Assembly: GCA_050575255.1 (NCBI GenBank)
Contig: JBNZDD010013706.1
Span: 7,429,531-7,493,530, forward strand
Origin: Harriotta raleighana
Taxonomy: Eukaryota
DNA length: 64,000 bases
Direction of reading: 5' to 3'
In this document: positions 1 through 13,436 of the stretch, piece by piece
How the letters are laid out: each line of letters starts with the position of its first letter
Position numbering within the stretch: the first letter of the stretch is position 1
Position numbers and translations under genes: made by a program
Notes under the pieces: generated by a model
What the model was told of the DNA's origin: nothing
Database searches by the model: none
Seen by the model: only the letters and a program-made list of their open reading frames with translations

Positions 1-470
1 GTAGGGGCCGTGACAGCGGAGCGGATTCCCTTGATTTTGGCTTCAAGGAAATCCAGCATCTCCTCACAGCGAAGATTGGAGGAGATGACCTGTGCGGAGA
101 GGCGGGGGGGACGGAGGAGTTTGGATGTGGTGGAGAATAGGAGCCTCGGGTTGTTCTTCCCTTCCAGGATTATCCTGGAGTAGAAGGATGACTTGGCTGA
201 GGCTGGAGCGGAGCGGTAGGACTTGAGGAGGTCCAGCCAGATTTGCCGGTGGACCGTTAGGCCAGATTTGAGGCAGGTGCATTCAGCCGCCCGCACCTGG
301 GTCTTGAGTGAGCGGAGGTGAGTGGTAAACCAGGGGGAGGAGCGAGAGTAGGAGACAGTACGGGATGTGAGGGGGGCAAGAGTGTCGAGTGTGGAGGAGA
401 GGGTGTTGTGGAGGAGGGTGAGGGCAGAAGTGGGGTCAGTGAGGGATGAGGGCCAGAGGGAGAATGTAAG
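1..470 (-). mobile_element. L2-clade LINE ORF2 fragment, 5'-truncated, running off the window start
   Basis: Uninterrupted minus frame TLSSTLDTLAPL..SPWFTTHLRSLKTQVRAAE..KSGLTVHRQIW..AKSSFYSRIILEGKNNPRLLFSTTSKLL..CEEMLDFLEAKIKGIR, typical of the L2 ORF2 region between endonuclease and RT. The ORF track misses it because it has no start codon. Confidence 0.88.
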
Positions 471-1069
471 TGAACAACAGCCAGTGTAGCTAGTGTATAA
501 AACACAGCACACACCCAGTAACTGCACTCTGTTCCAGTAAATAACTTACTGCAATATCAAATTTAATTGAACCTTTAAACTGACAAACTTCTCTGTGCAT
601 TCTGTGCTTTTAAACAAGCTTTTGTTATTCAGTGGAATTCAAAGCTTTCATTTTCAAAGCATAATTTGTAAACTGACATCAGTTGCATTTTATTTTACAA
701 GCTGAATAAAAATAGCAGGACCAGTGCAAAGAGTTCTCTGCTGCTTCAATGCATTGTTCCATCTGTGGGGGGGCAATTCCTAGTTAAGTAAAAGCATCTT
801 ACATCCACAAGATTCCCCTGTGCTTTGTGGAAACTGGTAAACAAAATTACTTTGTGCTGTTTCTATGTTCTCTAAAGGGTTGGAACCTAAACAGATTTTT
901 TAACCACAATAGGAGTCAAAAAGAGAGGCATCTATACAATTCTGTAATCCTATGTACATTCACCAACCTCCTGTCTAATCACGATTGCGAATGCAAACAC
1001 ATTAATAATAATCCAGGCATTTCCTAGAGTCTATAATATTGGAACAACTCAAAGCACTCCACTGATAAC

Positions 1070-1203
1070 AAGAACATAAGAAACAGGAGGAGTAGGCCAT
1101 TTAGCCCCTCGAGCCTGCTCCGCCATTTAATAGGATCATGGCTGATCTTCTAACCCAATTCCATTTACCTGCCCAATCCTCATATCCTTTAATCCCTCTA
1201 TCC
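1070..1203 (-). mobile_element. CR1 LINE 3' tail
   Basis: aagaacataagaaacaggaggagtaggccatttagcccctcgagcctgctccgccatt matches the terminus of the CR1 at 5514. Confidence 0.8.
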
Positions 1204-2107
1204 ATTACGATAATAGCTGTCAAGTGTAATACCTGTTCATTTGTAAGCAAAAGTATGTGTGGTTTTCGCTGAAGGTGATTACTGGTTCAAAATTCATTAC
1301 CAAGACATTGATATAGTGGAAATATTATGGTTGAAAAAAATTATCAAACGTGAAGTAATCCATCTGGACAGAATAATAATGCCTCACAGAAGCTTGAATT
1401 GGGGGGAAGAGTTGTATCCAAAGGATCCGAGGCTGTGTAGTGCAGTATTGCAGTTTGGTTTCCTCTCTATGAAACGATTCTCAAAACAGTTTCAATGAAC
1501 TGGATGCAGATGGTGCCATCTAGGTCCCGCTCACAAACGTTGCCAGTTAGAAATTGCCTGTGTTTTTTTCAGTCGGGCAGCTGTGCTCATTGGAGATGTG
1601 AAAAGGGACCAAAATGTAATGAAAAATATACACATTTCTATCGAGGGTTATAATAATACACTGTAGGGATTTCTTTTTTAAATTGCTAGAATAGAGAGCT
1701 TGGATAGTTAATGCTTTCAGTAACAAATGCCATTTATATCAGAACACACCCGTGCGCACATACCACTGATCATCTGTAATGACGAACATAAATCTCTGAA
1801 AACAGCCAAAGTCAATTTGAATTCAGGTCCATTCAAGTCATTATTTATAGCTGACACAACACTGTCATCACAATCATTTTGGGGCTTCACACGGAAACAT
1901 GGTAAAAAAAAATTCCAGTCACCATCACAAGCTGTGAAACGCTCAATACTCTTCTACGTGAGAAGATCAAAACAGCTTTAACAGAAACAACCACTGCTCA
2001 GGGTTCTATATCAAAACTACCTGCATGTTGCTTGTATAGTTTAAGAAAATATTTAAAGTTACACGACTTCTTAACTCTGTGGTACATTCCCAGTTGTACG
2101 TCATCCT

Positions 2108-3188
2108 GGAGCTCCTGGAGCTCAGCGGTTAGAGCATTCGCCTTACAAGCGTGAGACCTGTATTCAAATCCAGGTAGATCAGGGCGAAACCTTGAGCAAA
2201 TTTCCTTACTCCACACCTAATAATAATACGTCCCAAAAAAACCACAATAATAAAAATTGGTCATTTCAATCCAAGACTGTTTGTGGGATACTGCTGTGCG
2301 CAATTGGCTGCGGTGTTCTATTTGACCCTTTCTCCCCCACATCCGCACAACTAGCACTGCCTTCCACCACCTCCGGAACATCGCCAGATACGACACTGCC
2401 TCACCCCTCGTGCTGCTGAAACACTAGTCCACGCCTTCATCACCTCAAGGCTGGACTATGGGAACTCTCTCTTCGTAGGCCTTCCCGGCTCCTCCATCCA
2501 CAAGCTGCAGGTCATCCAGAACTCTGCAGCTCGTGTACTCTCCCGCACCAGGCTTCGAGACCATATCACTCCAACTCTCGCCCGTCTCCACTGGCTCCCC
2601 ATCCCCCAGAGGATCGAATTCAAGATCCTCATCCTTACCTACAAGACCATTCACGGCCTAGCTCCCTCCTACCTCTCCGACCTACTATCCCCCTATCTAC
2701 CTGCCCGTACCCTCCATTCCTCTGGCTCTGGTCTGCTCCACATCCCCTGCCCTAACCGCTCTACCATCGGCGACTGGGCTTTCAGCCGCTCAGCCCCCAG
2801 GCTCTTGAACTCTTTTCCCCAGTGCCTTCGCCTCGCTTCCTCCCTTTCCTCTTTCAAGGCCGGTCTCAAGACCTTTCTCTTCGACCATGCCTTCAGTTCC
2901 CCTCTCGATTCTCTACCCCTTCCTCGCTCCCTCCCTCCCCTCCCCTCGCCCTGATCATTTCCCCTTGCTCAGGTCCTAAACCAATTGTCCAGCGCCTTGG
3001 GACGTCCTCCCAACGTGAAATGCGCTCTATAAATGCAATCTTGTTGTTGTTGTTGTTGTTGCTGCCACATTTTGCCCACAAATATACAGTCAAATCACTT
3101 TACAGTATATTTTGTGAAGTGCTTTGAGATGTTGATAAGATGTGAAAAGAGCTATATCAAATGCAAGGATTATTATGATTATTATTAT
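2108..3188 (+). mobile_element. tRNA-derived SINE (2108-2311 plus 3061-3188) split by an L2 insertion
   Basis: tRNA-like head and the core ctgctgtgcgcaattggctgc; the SINE resumes at 3061 and ends in an (ATT)n tail. Confidence 0.9.
2312..3060 (+). mobile_element. L2 LINE 3' portion with (TTG)n tail, 5'-truncated
   Basis: Frameshifted motifs GVLFD, HLRNIAR, ETLVHAFITSRLDY, KLQVIQNSAAR and LHWLP. 3' stem-loop gcgccttgggacgtcc...gtgaaatgcgc. Flanked by gctgc duplication (2307-2311 and 3061-3065). Confidence 0.9.
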
Positions 3189-3524
3189 ATTGTGTAAGGA
3201 GGATATAAATAAAATACAGGCCTTAATTCTGGTCGTGTTTGCTTGTTCAGTACCTCAGCAGCATGTCCAAAGCCCATGAGAGTAGTTTTGTGGTAAGAAA
3301 TTGTATGTACCACTTTACATCAAGTGCCAGCCATCCAGGTATTTTACGGCTGTCTGTCATGGTTGGTGCTGGAGGGATTTTGTTATTCAAAGAGGAGCTC
3401 GGGTAAAACATGAAGCGGAAACACTGCTTAATCCTTGCTCCCAGTTATACCCAGGTTCCAATCTAAAATTTCCAGGTACCATTTGCTCGAAAAACGGAGG
3501 ATGTCTCTCATCAAGTTCAATTGT

Positions 3525-3660
3525 CAATCCACGACTGTTTGTGGGCCATTGCTGTGCGCATTCCACCCACATATATACAGTCAATTCACTTTACAATATA
3601 TTCAGTGAAGTACTTTGAGAAGGCTAGAAGTGCTTTATCAAATGCAAGAATTATTATAAT
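3525..3660 (+). mobile_element. SINE 3' half
   Basis: aatccacgactgtttgtggg...aaatgcaagaattatt matches the in-window consensus. Confidence 0.85.
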
Positions 3661-3723
3661 TGGCAAGCTCTAATTCACATGAACAGAAACAAACGTCTTT
3701 CCCAACTCTGAAATTTAATTTGT

Positions 3724-3800
3724 AATAATACGTGCATTTGATATAGTGCCTTATCGGATTTCAAGATGTCTCAAAGCATTTCACAGAATATATTATAAAG
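3724..3800 (-). mobile_element. SINE tail
   Basis: tgcatttgatatagtgcctt...ctcaaagcatttcacagaatata. Confidence 0.75.
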
Positions 3801-4030
3801 TATTTATGGGAGAGTTGCTATTGATATGCATCCTTCTCTATTCAATAGAGAGGAAAATTAAAGTGTTCCTGAAACCTTTACCTCCAGGTGATCGCAGGCG
3901 AGTGCTCCAGTGAAATCAGTGCTGGCCATGTCGTACTAATATTATTTTTTCAGGGAATTGCTGTCAAAATCAAGCTTTGAAACGTAGAGTAGAAATACCA
4001 AGATTAAATTTTTTGAATCCAATTTAATAT

Positions 4031-4342
4031 TAATAAATAATAATCCTTGCTTTAATATAGCATTGTTCACATCTTCTAGATATCTCAAAGCACTTCACAG
4101 AATATATTGTCAAGTAAATTCACTTAAATCAACACTCAAGTGTATTTATCTGGTCAAAGTGGAGCCAATTGCACACAAGCAATGGATGTGGACCCAAATG
4201 ACCAATTTATTCATTTTTTTTTAGGCATTATTATCCGGCATGTGGAGTAAGGAAACTTGCCCAAGGATTTACCCTGCCTGGAATCGAACCCAGGTCTCTC
4301 ACTTGTAAGGCTAGTGTTCTAATCATTGAGCTCCAGGACTCC
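4031..4342 (-). mobile_element. Full-length tRNA-derived SINE
   Basis: Reverse complement of head (B box GGTTCGATTCC) through to the ATT tail. Confidence 0.88.
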
Positions 4343-4349
4343 ACAATGA

Positions 4350-4670
4350 ATTTAATAGAGGCCTTCAAAACTCTGAAAGGTTTTGAAAGGAGAGTGAAAG
4401 ATTATTCTCAATGGTAGATGAATTGATTACCAGGTGGTAAAAGATGTCCCTGGAAACATTTTGAGCAGAGCGCAATTAGAACATGCCCACAGCCATGCAT
4501 TGTGACAGTGAACATAACATTCACAGGGAGGCCAACAAGCATTTCAAGATGAGCAGCAGTGTGTGGAAAGGGAGTCAGGAATCTGAATTCAAATATTTAA
4601 TTCCAGTGGGTTGACGAGCGCCAGCAGAGGCTGAATGGCCTTCACGTGTGCTGCAATTTCAATGAATCTT
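4350..4670 (+). mobile_element. Degenerate CR1 3' end
   Basis: ttaatagaggccttcaaaactctgaaaggttttga...ggctgaatggcctt. Confidence 0.55.
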
Positions 4671-5256
4671 GTGATCAGTCAGAATTAGCCCCATCTCTCA
4701 TCCCTCTCATGGGCCACTTTAAAGACGGATTTACCAGTCTATTTTGGGGGCTATTTTAGCTCCAGAGCCTGCCTGAGCGGGAAAACGATGCATCAATCTC
4801 CTTCGCTGGAGAATGTAAGAAATTAATGGTCCCTTGAACCAGGCAAGGCACCTCCTCCCAAAAATGATGTAAAAGAAAACTCTAAACAACTGAGCACCTG
4901 CTTCAAATGCGAGCCATGAATTATGCACAAGGTCTCCACAGCAAACAGCAGCACGCCACCTCCAACTAACAATATTACTGTCAGTCTTACCACCTAACTC
5001 TATCCAGGGTTTTTAATCAGAAAGGGGAAATTCAATTTGAGCCTCACCCAGACCTTAAAACAGAAATTTATATATCTCTCCCTCCACCCAATATCCTGAC
5101 AATTTTCAATTATAAGCAGAAGCCTTGGGGTGTGCAGGGAAGGCTAACATAGCATTCATCACCAGGGCTGCAATGCTAGGCTTCAGAAAGGCTCCTATAC
5201 CTTCAGTGACAATAAAAGATGAATAGGCTGTAGTGTGGATGCCCTATGGATCACAG

Positions 5257-5425
5257 TAATAATAATAATAATACTTGAATTTGATATAGCGCTTTTCAGG
5301 TCTTCTAGACGTCCCAAAGTGCTTCACAGGATATAGTGTAAAGTAAATTGATTGTATATTTTGTGGCAAAATGCTACAGTCAACTGCGCACAGCAGCGCC
5401 CCACAAATAGCCGTGGGTTGAAATG
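5257..5425 (-). mobile_element. SINE 3' half
   Basis: Matches the in-window consensus on the reverse strand. Confidence 0.85.
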
Positions 5426-5513
5426 AGTAGCTTGTCTGACCAGGAATACACACACTTTGCTACATTTCCCTTCTTCTGTAAAAAAAAACAGTTGTCTGTC
5501 TCAAGTTTAATTC

Positions 5514-6089
5514 AACATAAGAACATAAGAATTAGGAGCAGGAGTAGGTCATTCAGCCCTTCGAGCCTGCCCCGCCATTCAATAAGATCATGGCTGATCT
5601 TCTGACCTAGCTCTAATTACCAGCTCTATCCCCATATCCCTCTATTTAAAAAAAATCTATCAGTCTCAGCTTTGAAAATATTCAAAAACTGAACATCTAC
5701 AGCCTTCTGGGGTAGTGAATTCACTACCCTCTGAGTGAAGAAATGTTTCCCCAACTTTGTTCTAAAAGACTGACCCTTAATTTTAAGACTGTGACCCCTG
5801 GTTATAGATTCTCCTACCAGGTGAAACATTCCCTCAGTGTCTACTTTATCCAGCCCTTTAAGAATCTTATATGTTTCAATAAGATCCCCCTTAATTCTTC
5901 TGTACTCTAGAGAATACAGCCCTAGTTTATTCAACGTATCCTCATAGGTCAGTCCCCTCATCCCAGGGTCTAACCTAGTGAATCTGCCCTGCACCCCCCT
6001 CTAAGGCAAGTATGTCCTTTTTTAAATAAGGAGACCAAAACTGCACACAATACTCTAGGTGTGGTCTCACCAAAGCCCTATACAGTTGC
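5514..6089 (-). mobile_element. CR1 LINE ORF2 C-terminus plus 3' UTR
   Basis: ORF 5626-5994 contains LGLYSLEYRRIKGDLIETYKILKGLD, TRGHSLKI and FFTQRVVNSLP; tail (cttatgtt)n. Confidence 0.92.
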
Positions 6090-6354
6090 ACCTGATTCAG
6101 TTCACTTTCACATGCAATCTCCAAAAATATATACTGTACATTAATTTCCCCTCAGTTTCTGAAATAAGACTTAGCTGCTAGAACAGAAGATCAAATACAA
6201 ATAATAGTAACCTCGCTCAATCATGTGCAACTAGCCATGGAAGACCAGTGCAGATGAATTCTAAGACAAGTCTTTGTTCCACGATATTAAGATATTAAGT
6301 CTCAAAGTTCCCCACGTACTATGTAAAACTAGGAAATATGAAATAATCTGTCCA

Positions 6355-6548
6355 AAAAAAACACAATAATAAAAATTGATCATTTCAATCCACGACTGTT
6401 TGTGTGGACCCTGCTGTGCGAAATTGGCTGCCACATTTCATCAACAAATATACAGTCAATTCACTTTGTTCTGTGAAGCACTTTGAGTCATCAATAAGAT
6501 GTGAAAAGCGCTATATCAAATGCAAGCATTATTATTTCTTATTATTAT
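6355..6548 (+). mobile_element. SINE 3' two-thirds
   Basis: Consensus match ending in an ATT tail. Confidence 0.85.
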
Positions 6549-6743
6549 ATAAAGCCATAAGAATCAGTTGATGTACTTATTTTATATTATAATAATCTCA
6601 AGGATTATTATTATCTCTAAACTGGCAGCAAGCATTCACCTACAGCTCTCTAACTGATTTGGGTGTCGGATCAATATCAGGTTAGTAAATGGCTTCTTTT
6701 GCTTGATTAATGTCTAAATGTCTTAAGATACCAGAAAAATCTG

Positions 6744-6800
6744 ACAACAACAAAATTACATTTGTATAGCGGCTTTCACGTCGGGAGGATGTCCCAAGGA
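6744..6800 (-). mobile_element. L2 3' tail
   Basis: acaacaacaaaattacatttgtatagcggctttcacgtcgggaggatgtcccaagg. Confidence 0.8.
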
Positions 6801-7509
6801 ACTGATTCATGAATCCTCGCAAAATGGTATTCAAACATGCTTCTGAAAGAGGTAAGAGAGGCAGAGAATGCCTGCAGAGCCAAGTTCTGTTTGAGCCAAA
6901 CTAAGACAGAGCATCTTCCAAATGCAATCGTGCATTTAGGAACAGCATCAACTCTTTTTGAAAGCTACAGAGAGCTCAAAAGAGAATATGAAATAAGGTT
7001 TCAGTCAGAAAATGTTTGCTTCAAAATATCGTGTTGGGCACAAAATGTTAGAATGTAAGATTTCTGCTTATATTTCACAAACAAAGCTATTTTACAAATA
7101 TAGTTTTGGTAAGGCATTTAAAGAAAATTATTGATAATTTAATAGCTCAGAATTTATTTTGTCTTTGTGCCAATTAAAGAAACAGCAGTAATCAAACATA
7201 AGATTTTCATGAAAGATGCAGATTAGGTAGTCCAAGATAGTTATTAAACTGCTGACAATTGACCAAGTCCGATACCATGTATCAATACTGGGCCCTAAGC
7301 TGCTGGGAATGGAGAAGACTCTGAGATTCTGAGTCCTGTTGAAGACTTTCAGATTCCTCTTATCTACACCTTTTGTCACCAAACACACTACAGACAAAAA
7401 GTGGATACTCAATACTTAATGCAATGCAACAATATTCTCTTTCAACACATTCTATTGGAGTGTCTAAATTAAATCTCTTTTGAAGCACTCTATGTTCATT
7501 GATAATAGA

Positions 7510-7727
7510 AACGTGGCAATCAATTGCATATAGTAGTTTCCCACAAACAGTCATGGATTGAGTGACCAAATTATTAATATTACTCTTTAAAAATACCGTA
7601 TTTCAATTAAATTTGAAATACACTACCGCCTTATCCCGTCTTCGATACGTCTCACAGAATACGCTGCAACATGAACTGACTGTATATTTTGTGAGCGAAA
7701 CGCAACAGCCAATTGCGCACAGCAATT
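7510..7727 (-). mobile_element. Two adjacent SINE fragments
   Basis: The core aacgcaacagccaattgcgcacagc occurs twice (about 7510-7575 and 7600-7727). Confidence 0.7.
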
Positions 7728-10700
7728 CTAGACGTTTTGGGAACAAGTGGGTCAAAGAGACCTCTTTCATCTGAGCTTCTCATGCAAATGAACGCAACAG
7801 CTCATATTTTCAGGATCTCAGATTCAAACATGTTCGAAAGAGGTCTTGAGAAAGTAAACACATTCTCTGGATAGCAAAATGAACAACCTCATCACATCAG
7901 TGTAATTAATGGCATCACTGTTTTGCAAATTGAATATAGAAGATCCCAAACGGAGGCCAAACCTCAACAATCTCCAAATCCACCTCTAAATGAGAGACGC
8001 AAAAGAAACAGAAATGAGAAGGTTCCACTTTATGTTGTCTATAGAATGTGGTGTTTAATTAAGCAGTATTCCCAGACATATAAGATAATAAGCAACTCCA
8101 TCATATTGTACCAACACAAGGCCATCTGCTGATGGAAGTATAATTGCTGGAGTAGGTGCAAGATCTAGGCAGCTTGTGTGTCCCCTTCCCTGAACCCTGG
8201 GGTAACTCACAGTGGATGGACCAACATGAAGACAAAACGTTTAGTTTATGGTTTCACCTACCTTTCTAGGAATGGCCAGATGCAAACTGAACAACTCGCC
8301 TCCGAATACTCTTCATAGGAATACAGCATATTTTGATTTTCAAATGTGACCAAATTAATCTTTTCCATGGGTCAGCTAGGTGTCTGATACATGGAAACTC
8401 ATCACCCTGCTTAAGGAGTATCCAAAGCAGACTGAGAGATAGTTACACATTTAGGTTTGAGTCAAATGCATCAAAATTCACTTTCAAAGCAACAAAAGAA
8501 CCAAATTACATTTGTAGACCAACTACTAAAGGAGTTGAGCTCCAACCATCTCTACATATCTCTTAATTATAGGTGGAAATGTCCCGTATTAGTCAAAGGG
8601 ATGGGGAATAATCACGTCTTCTAACTTATTTCCATCTGTCCGAGGCAGAAGGCTGGATTCGTTGAGTATTCTGACTTCTATAACACAACCATAAACCGGA
8701 ATAGGTACAAAGGTCACTGGAAAAAACAGGCATCACAGCCTTATCAGAACAGTCACAAAGCGAATTTGAGCAGGATACAGTGGCTTTCCGCTTGCTATGA
8801 ATTTAAAAGAAATTGGATTTTTTTTATATAAAAGTATCATGTAGGTCAGCTAGTGGGTTTTGTACCACACTGACAGATTAATTCTACTCAACTTGGTGTG
8901 TCAGAAAACCTCCGTCAACGGCCGAGAATTTCAGAAGCAGAGGGAATTTAGTTAACCCTCTGTTCTCTTGATGACATACTTTCCACTGAGTAAAGTTTAC
9001 AGATTTCTGTATTTCTCAGTAAGGACAATGAGTTAAGGGTCTAATTGAAAGGCATAATCAGAAATTTGCTTCTCATATTATACTGGTTTTCATCTTAATG
9101 TAATTTCAGGGTAAAATAAACTATCAGGTCATTCCTACCCATAGCTTTTGTGCAGATGAGCAGCTTTATCTAATATTCCCACTTTCATTAACTTTGTGCT
9201 ATGCACATTCACTGGAACTGTAGTTCATATTGTAGCTGTTCACAAATTAACTTCAAATGGAAAAAACAAAGACATTTGGGGTCACTTGATCTCATCCCTA
9301 CAGGAATACCCTCTCTACCATCATCCCATCAAGTTGTTTTTGAAATGAAACAGAATCCTGGCCTCTACCTTTAACCCTGTTCCTGCTGGAAATCACAAAC
9401 ATTGTCTGAAAGGAGAAGCTACACAACATGGCTGTCACTCCTAAGCATTTAGCAGCACACAATCCTAGCTACCAGCCCTTTCCCATATCTTTCTCTGCAT
9501 TGTATACTAGACACCCATCAAGAGAAAAGTTAATTAGCTGTCAATTCTTCCCATCTCCAATAAAAGTTTAAGAATGTTTCACTGTTTGCACACCCCTCAT
9601 TTTCCTCAATTTCCCTCTCTCTGGATGAACGATGTCTCCAGAGTCTTTCAGCTGTGAGATTCAGGGACAAAACGGCCAATATCTAAACCTAGCTCCCAGA
9701 AAGTTGAATGCTCTACCACTGTAAAGCACTAAACCAAGCAACTGACAGATTTCAATGCAAATATGCCTATTACCTTCGCCCATCAAGCAGCGCTCAGACT
9801 TAGCCATCTCAACAATCTTTTAAGTTTATCATTTTTTTTAAAAATGTAGTCACGAACTTTGCAACTTTCCTTACACTCAATTGGAAAGAACTGAATAGTT
9901 ACTTGGCAACAGAATGAAATAATTAGGTGGATGAGAGATGAGGTGAACTTGCTTTTTTGTTGTTTATTTTGGATCTTTTAACCAGATGGATTGCAATGGT
10001 GGTTCTGAACCTGTACATTGAGATGTTCCTATAATAATAAATGTAGCAGAAGCCTGCATCAGTTAGCACATTATAAATTCTCAAGTCTGGAGTTGAAAAT
10101 TCCAGTCAGAATATAAAAACAAATATTTTCTTCTACATTTACCAAAGATCATAAATCTTGTTCCCTGATCCCAGTAGCTTTCAGCGTTCTGCTAAACTGC
10201 TTCACTTAATTCAATACTACCTGCTTGGGAGATGGCCACAACCATTTGTGGACAAAATTATATCATTCAAGAGCAGTAGGAGGTAGTGCAGCAATGCAAT
10301 AAAGCTCAACAAAGTTGCAAACTGAAGACATATGTAGCCCAGAAGTGCTAAGTGGTGTCAATGGATTCAGGAGCCTATAATAGTTGTTTTTTTTGCCAGC
10401 GCAATAACTGTTGGAAAACAGTCATTACACCAGATTAAACAAGCAGGGAGGGAATTACACAGCAGCAACATTCAGGAGTTCATCTTGAAGCATAAACTGT
10501 GAGAATAAATCTCAAGTAATTTACAGTCAGTACCCGTACCCAATGTTTGGGGAGTTTGTCTAATTGCTATTATTTTACAATATATCTATTTCCGGAGAAT
10601 TTCAATCAAATCATAGTATTATTTTTTATAGATTGAAGGCACCTGGTTACTCAAACCCTTACTTATGCTACATTATAGATTGGAGTCTTGTTAATGAACA

Positions 10701-10824
10701 GTTATTCAAAAGGGAATTATAGATATCTAAATGCATTCTGGATCATATAGTCTTTAGCAGTATAATCCCCAAACATCTACAATTTATCACATTAATAAAG
10801 CTTCTTATTGTTCAATTTAGAAAT

Positions 10825-10975
10825 ATAATCTTTGATTTGATATAGCGCCTTATCACATCTTCAAGACGTCTCAAACCGCTTCACAAAATATATTGTAAAG
10901 CGGATTGATTTTGTGGACGATTTTGTGGGCAAAATATGGTAGCCACCCACAGCAGTGACCCACAAACAATCATGA
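10825..10975 (-). mobile_element. SINE 3' half
   Basis: tttgatatagcgccttatcacatcttcaagacgtctcaaa... Confidence 0.8.
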
Positions 10976-10979
10976 CAGT

Positions 10980-11435
10980 CTGCGCAATTCACAAGTATAT
11001 TCGCATCCTCCTGTAACCTATCTTGTTCAGCTTTACAATCCTCACTAGCTTGGTGTCATTTACAAATATAACGACTATGCTTGCGACTCCAGATCATTTA
11101 TAATATTAAATAAAAGAGATCCCAAAACAGACTCTTGTGGAACTCCACTGGTAACATTTTCCCAGTCCGATGACATTCCTGGTACCACCACCCTCTGGGT
11201 TCTTCTGGTCAACCAATTCATCATCCATTGGAATAATACATTTCCACTGATTCCTGCTATCTTTTCTTTCAATACTAGCCTCTTAAGAGGAACTGTATTA
11301 AAGGCCTTTCTGAAATCCAAATGTATATCCACAGCCTTACCCTTATCAAGCTCCCTAGTCACACCATCAAAGAAAGAGTAAATTAATATTAATAAAGACC
11401 TCCCCTTTATGAAACCATATTGGCTATCATTTATT
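10980..11435 (-). mobile_element. CR1 LINE reverse transcriptase fragment
   Basis: ORF 11075-11362 contains LDFRKAFNTVP, NWLTRRTQRVVV and VTSGVPQESVLGSLLFNIINDL. Confidence 0.9.
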
Positions 11436-11454
11436 TCTTCTTATTTCTACTTCT

Positions 11455-11648
11455 ACAAAACACAATAAAAAAATTGGTCGTTTGTATCCACGACTGTTTG
11501 TGGGATGCTGCTGTGCACAATTGGCTGCCACGTTTCGCCTACAAATATACAGTCAATTCACTTTACAGTATATTCCGCGAAGCGCTTTGAGACATCTAGA
11601 AGAAGTGAAAAGCGCTACATCAAATGCAAGGATTATTATATTATTACT
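11455..11648 (+). mobile_element. SINE 3' two-thirds
   Basis: Consensus match. Confidence 0.85.
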
Positions 11649-13436
11649 TATGAAAAATAGATCAGTTTCCAGAGCAACTCCACATGGAACAACAAGAAGG
11701 AACGAAGGACACGGGTAATAACGAAGGACAATGTGCACCTATCACCACATGAGCAGCAGTGTAATGGCTGCAGGAAGTTTTCAGCTACAAAATTACAGAG
11801 TGAGGAAATATCTGAAAATGACAGAGAAAATGACTGACCTGTCTAGGGAACATTCACAGCTCAGTTGAAAAGCCGAAATAACTAACTTGCCACTCTTTCG
11901 GTCTATTAACCTGAATATCCACTTCTTGCATTTTATGGGATTCATTTTAGATTTACACCTCTCTAGCAAGACAGAGGTGAAGAAGTTGGGGAATGGGTAG
12001 GGGCCGAAAAGAACAACTCCATTTGAAAAGGATACTGAACCTGAGAGAGAAACTGTTCCTTAAAAGACTGTAGGAGGTCAACTGAAACAAGCTTAGCATA
12101 AAGTCCATTACAAGACAATTTGCCAACTATTCTTTTGAGAGACTGTGAACAAAATAAAATGTAATACGTTCAACTCAAGAGCTTTACAACTTTCAACAGG
12201 AACAATGCTAGATTGGCATGCGACTGACAATAGAGCGAGAGATAGAATATATAAATGTGGTCCGGCTGAAAGGCATATTGTCCTTTTAATTTAGTGACAA
12301 ACTCTTACATTTCTTGACGAAAGAAAATTTGGCAGGAGTATACAGATGGACATCCGAGTGCTGTCAATCTTTCAGTGAGAGTGCTATTCAGGGTAGGGGA
12401 ACCTCTATAAAATTAAATCAGTTTCCAACTGACCCAATCCGTGACTTTCCCTGGTGATCTCTTCGGACAAGGAAGCTGGACACTTTACATTTCAGACAAG
12501 CAGCTTCAATATTGTACACGGAGGTAAGGTGCAGCAATTAAATGTAGAGATAAAAATTCACAATGAAGTGGTGGTGTCACATTATAGTGATTATAACCAT
12601 ATTCAACAGAAACTAGAGTGAGACTGACTAAATTGTTTATTAGTGGACTCTTCCAACACAACAAAGGTTTTATTTGTTCCATCAGTCAGACCATTCCAAA
12701 CTACAACCATTCAACTGTGATTCCTAGAAAATGCATGGATTATTAAGATACAGTACTTGAAAGGATTTCCTTATAACTTTCATTTTCTATTAATTCATCG
12801 CAAGGCTTGTCGCCATCATGAGAACGGAAACAAGTTCCATCAAAACTAGAGCTCAACAATTGGATACTAATCCAATATTTCCAAGTTTCACAATGTATTT
12901 CAACTGATGAAAGTATTTTGAGGTGAGATATAAGTTGCTAATGACAAATTTGCTTGGATGAATCGTGGAGGCACAGCTAAGTTCAGTTTCCCTACAGCTG
13001 ACATTCCTGAGCCTTCAGAAAGTTTTAAACCAATTTCATTTCATTTTCATCTGAAGACGATCGATAGCCAATATTGCTCCATCTGGAGTTTCAGTGCTAG
13101 TCCTGTACACTGTATCTTCAGATCAGTGCAATATCTCTATCCTACTTTTCTGCCCTTGGGTACTTGTGTATGCATGAACCTGTCACCCCTGATCACCAAA
13201 TCAAATGCACACTTTTCTTTCGCAATCGCTGTCTGCACGTAACATTGTGAAGTAAAGATTAACTCATTAGATGTCCACCTGGAGAATTAAGAGAATCAAA
13301 TGACAAACCATATTACATTCAAATTAGATCCATTGAATGCGTCATACATTAATCAAACACAAAAGCAAGTCTCGCTACCATAGTTAAAAGTCCAATCATT
13401 CCTCCACTTAGCTGTACTCACTAATTATATCTAAGA

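Noticed and set aside
1503-1527. CTCF-like palindrome agatggtgccatct
   Set aside because: Partial match only, which is expected by chance in 64 kb.
11960-12060. Good minus-strand acceptor tttctctctcag|GTTCAG as a candidate next MAD1L1 exon
   Set aside because: The frame reads VQYPFQMELF and then reaches a stop, with no MAD1 similarity and no matching donor.
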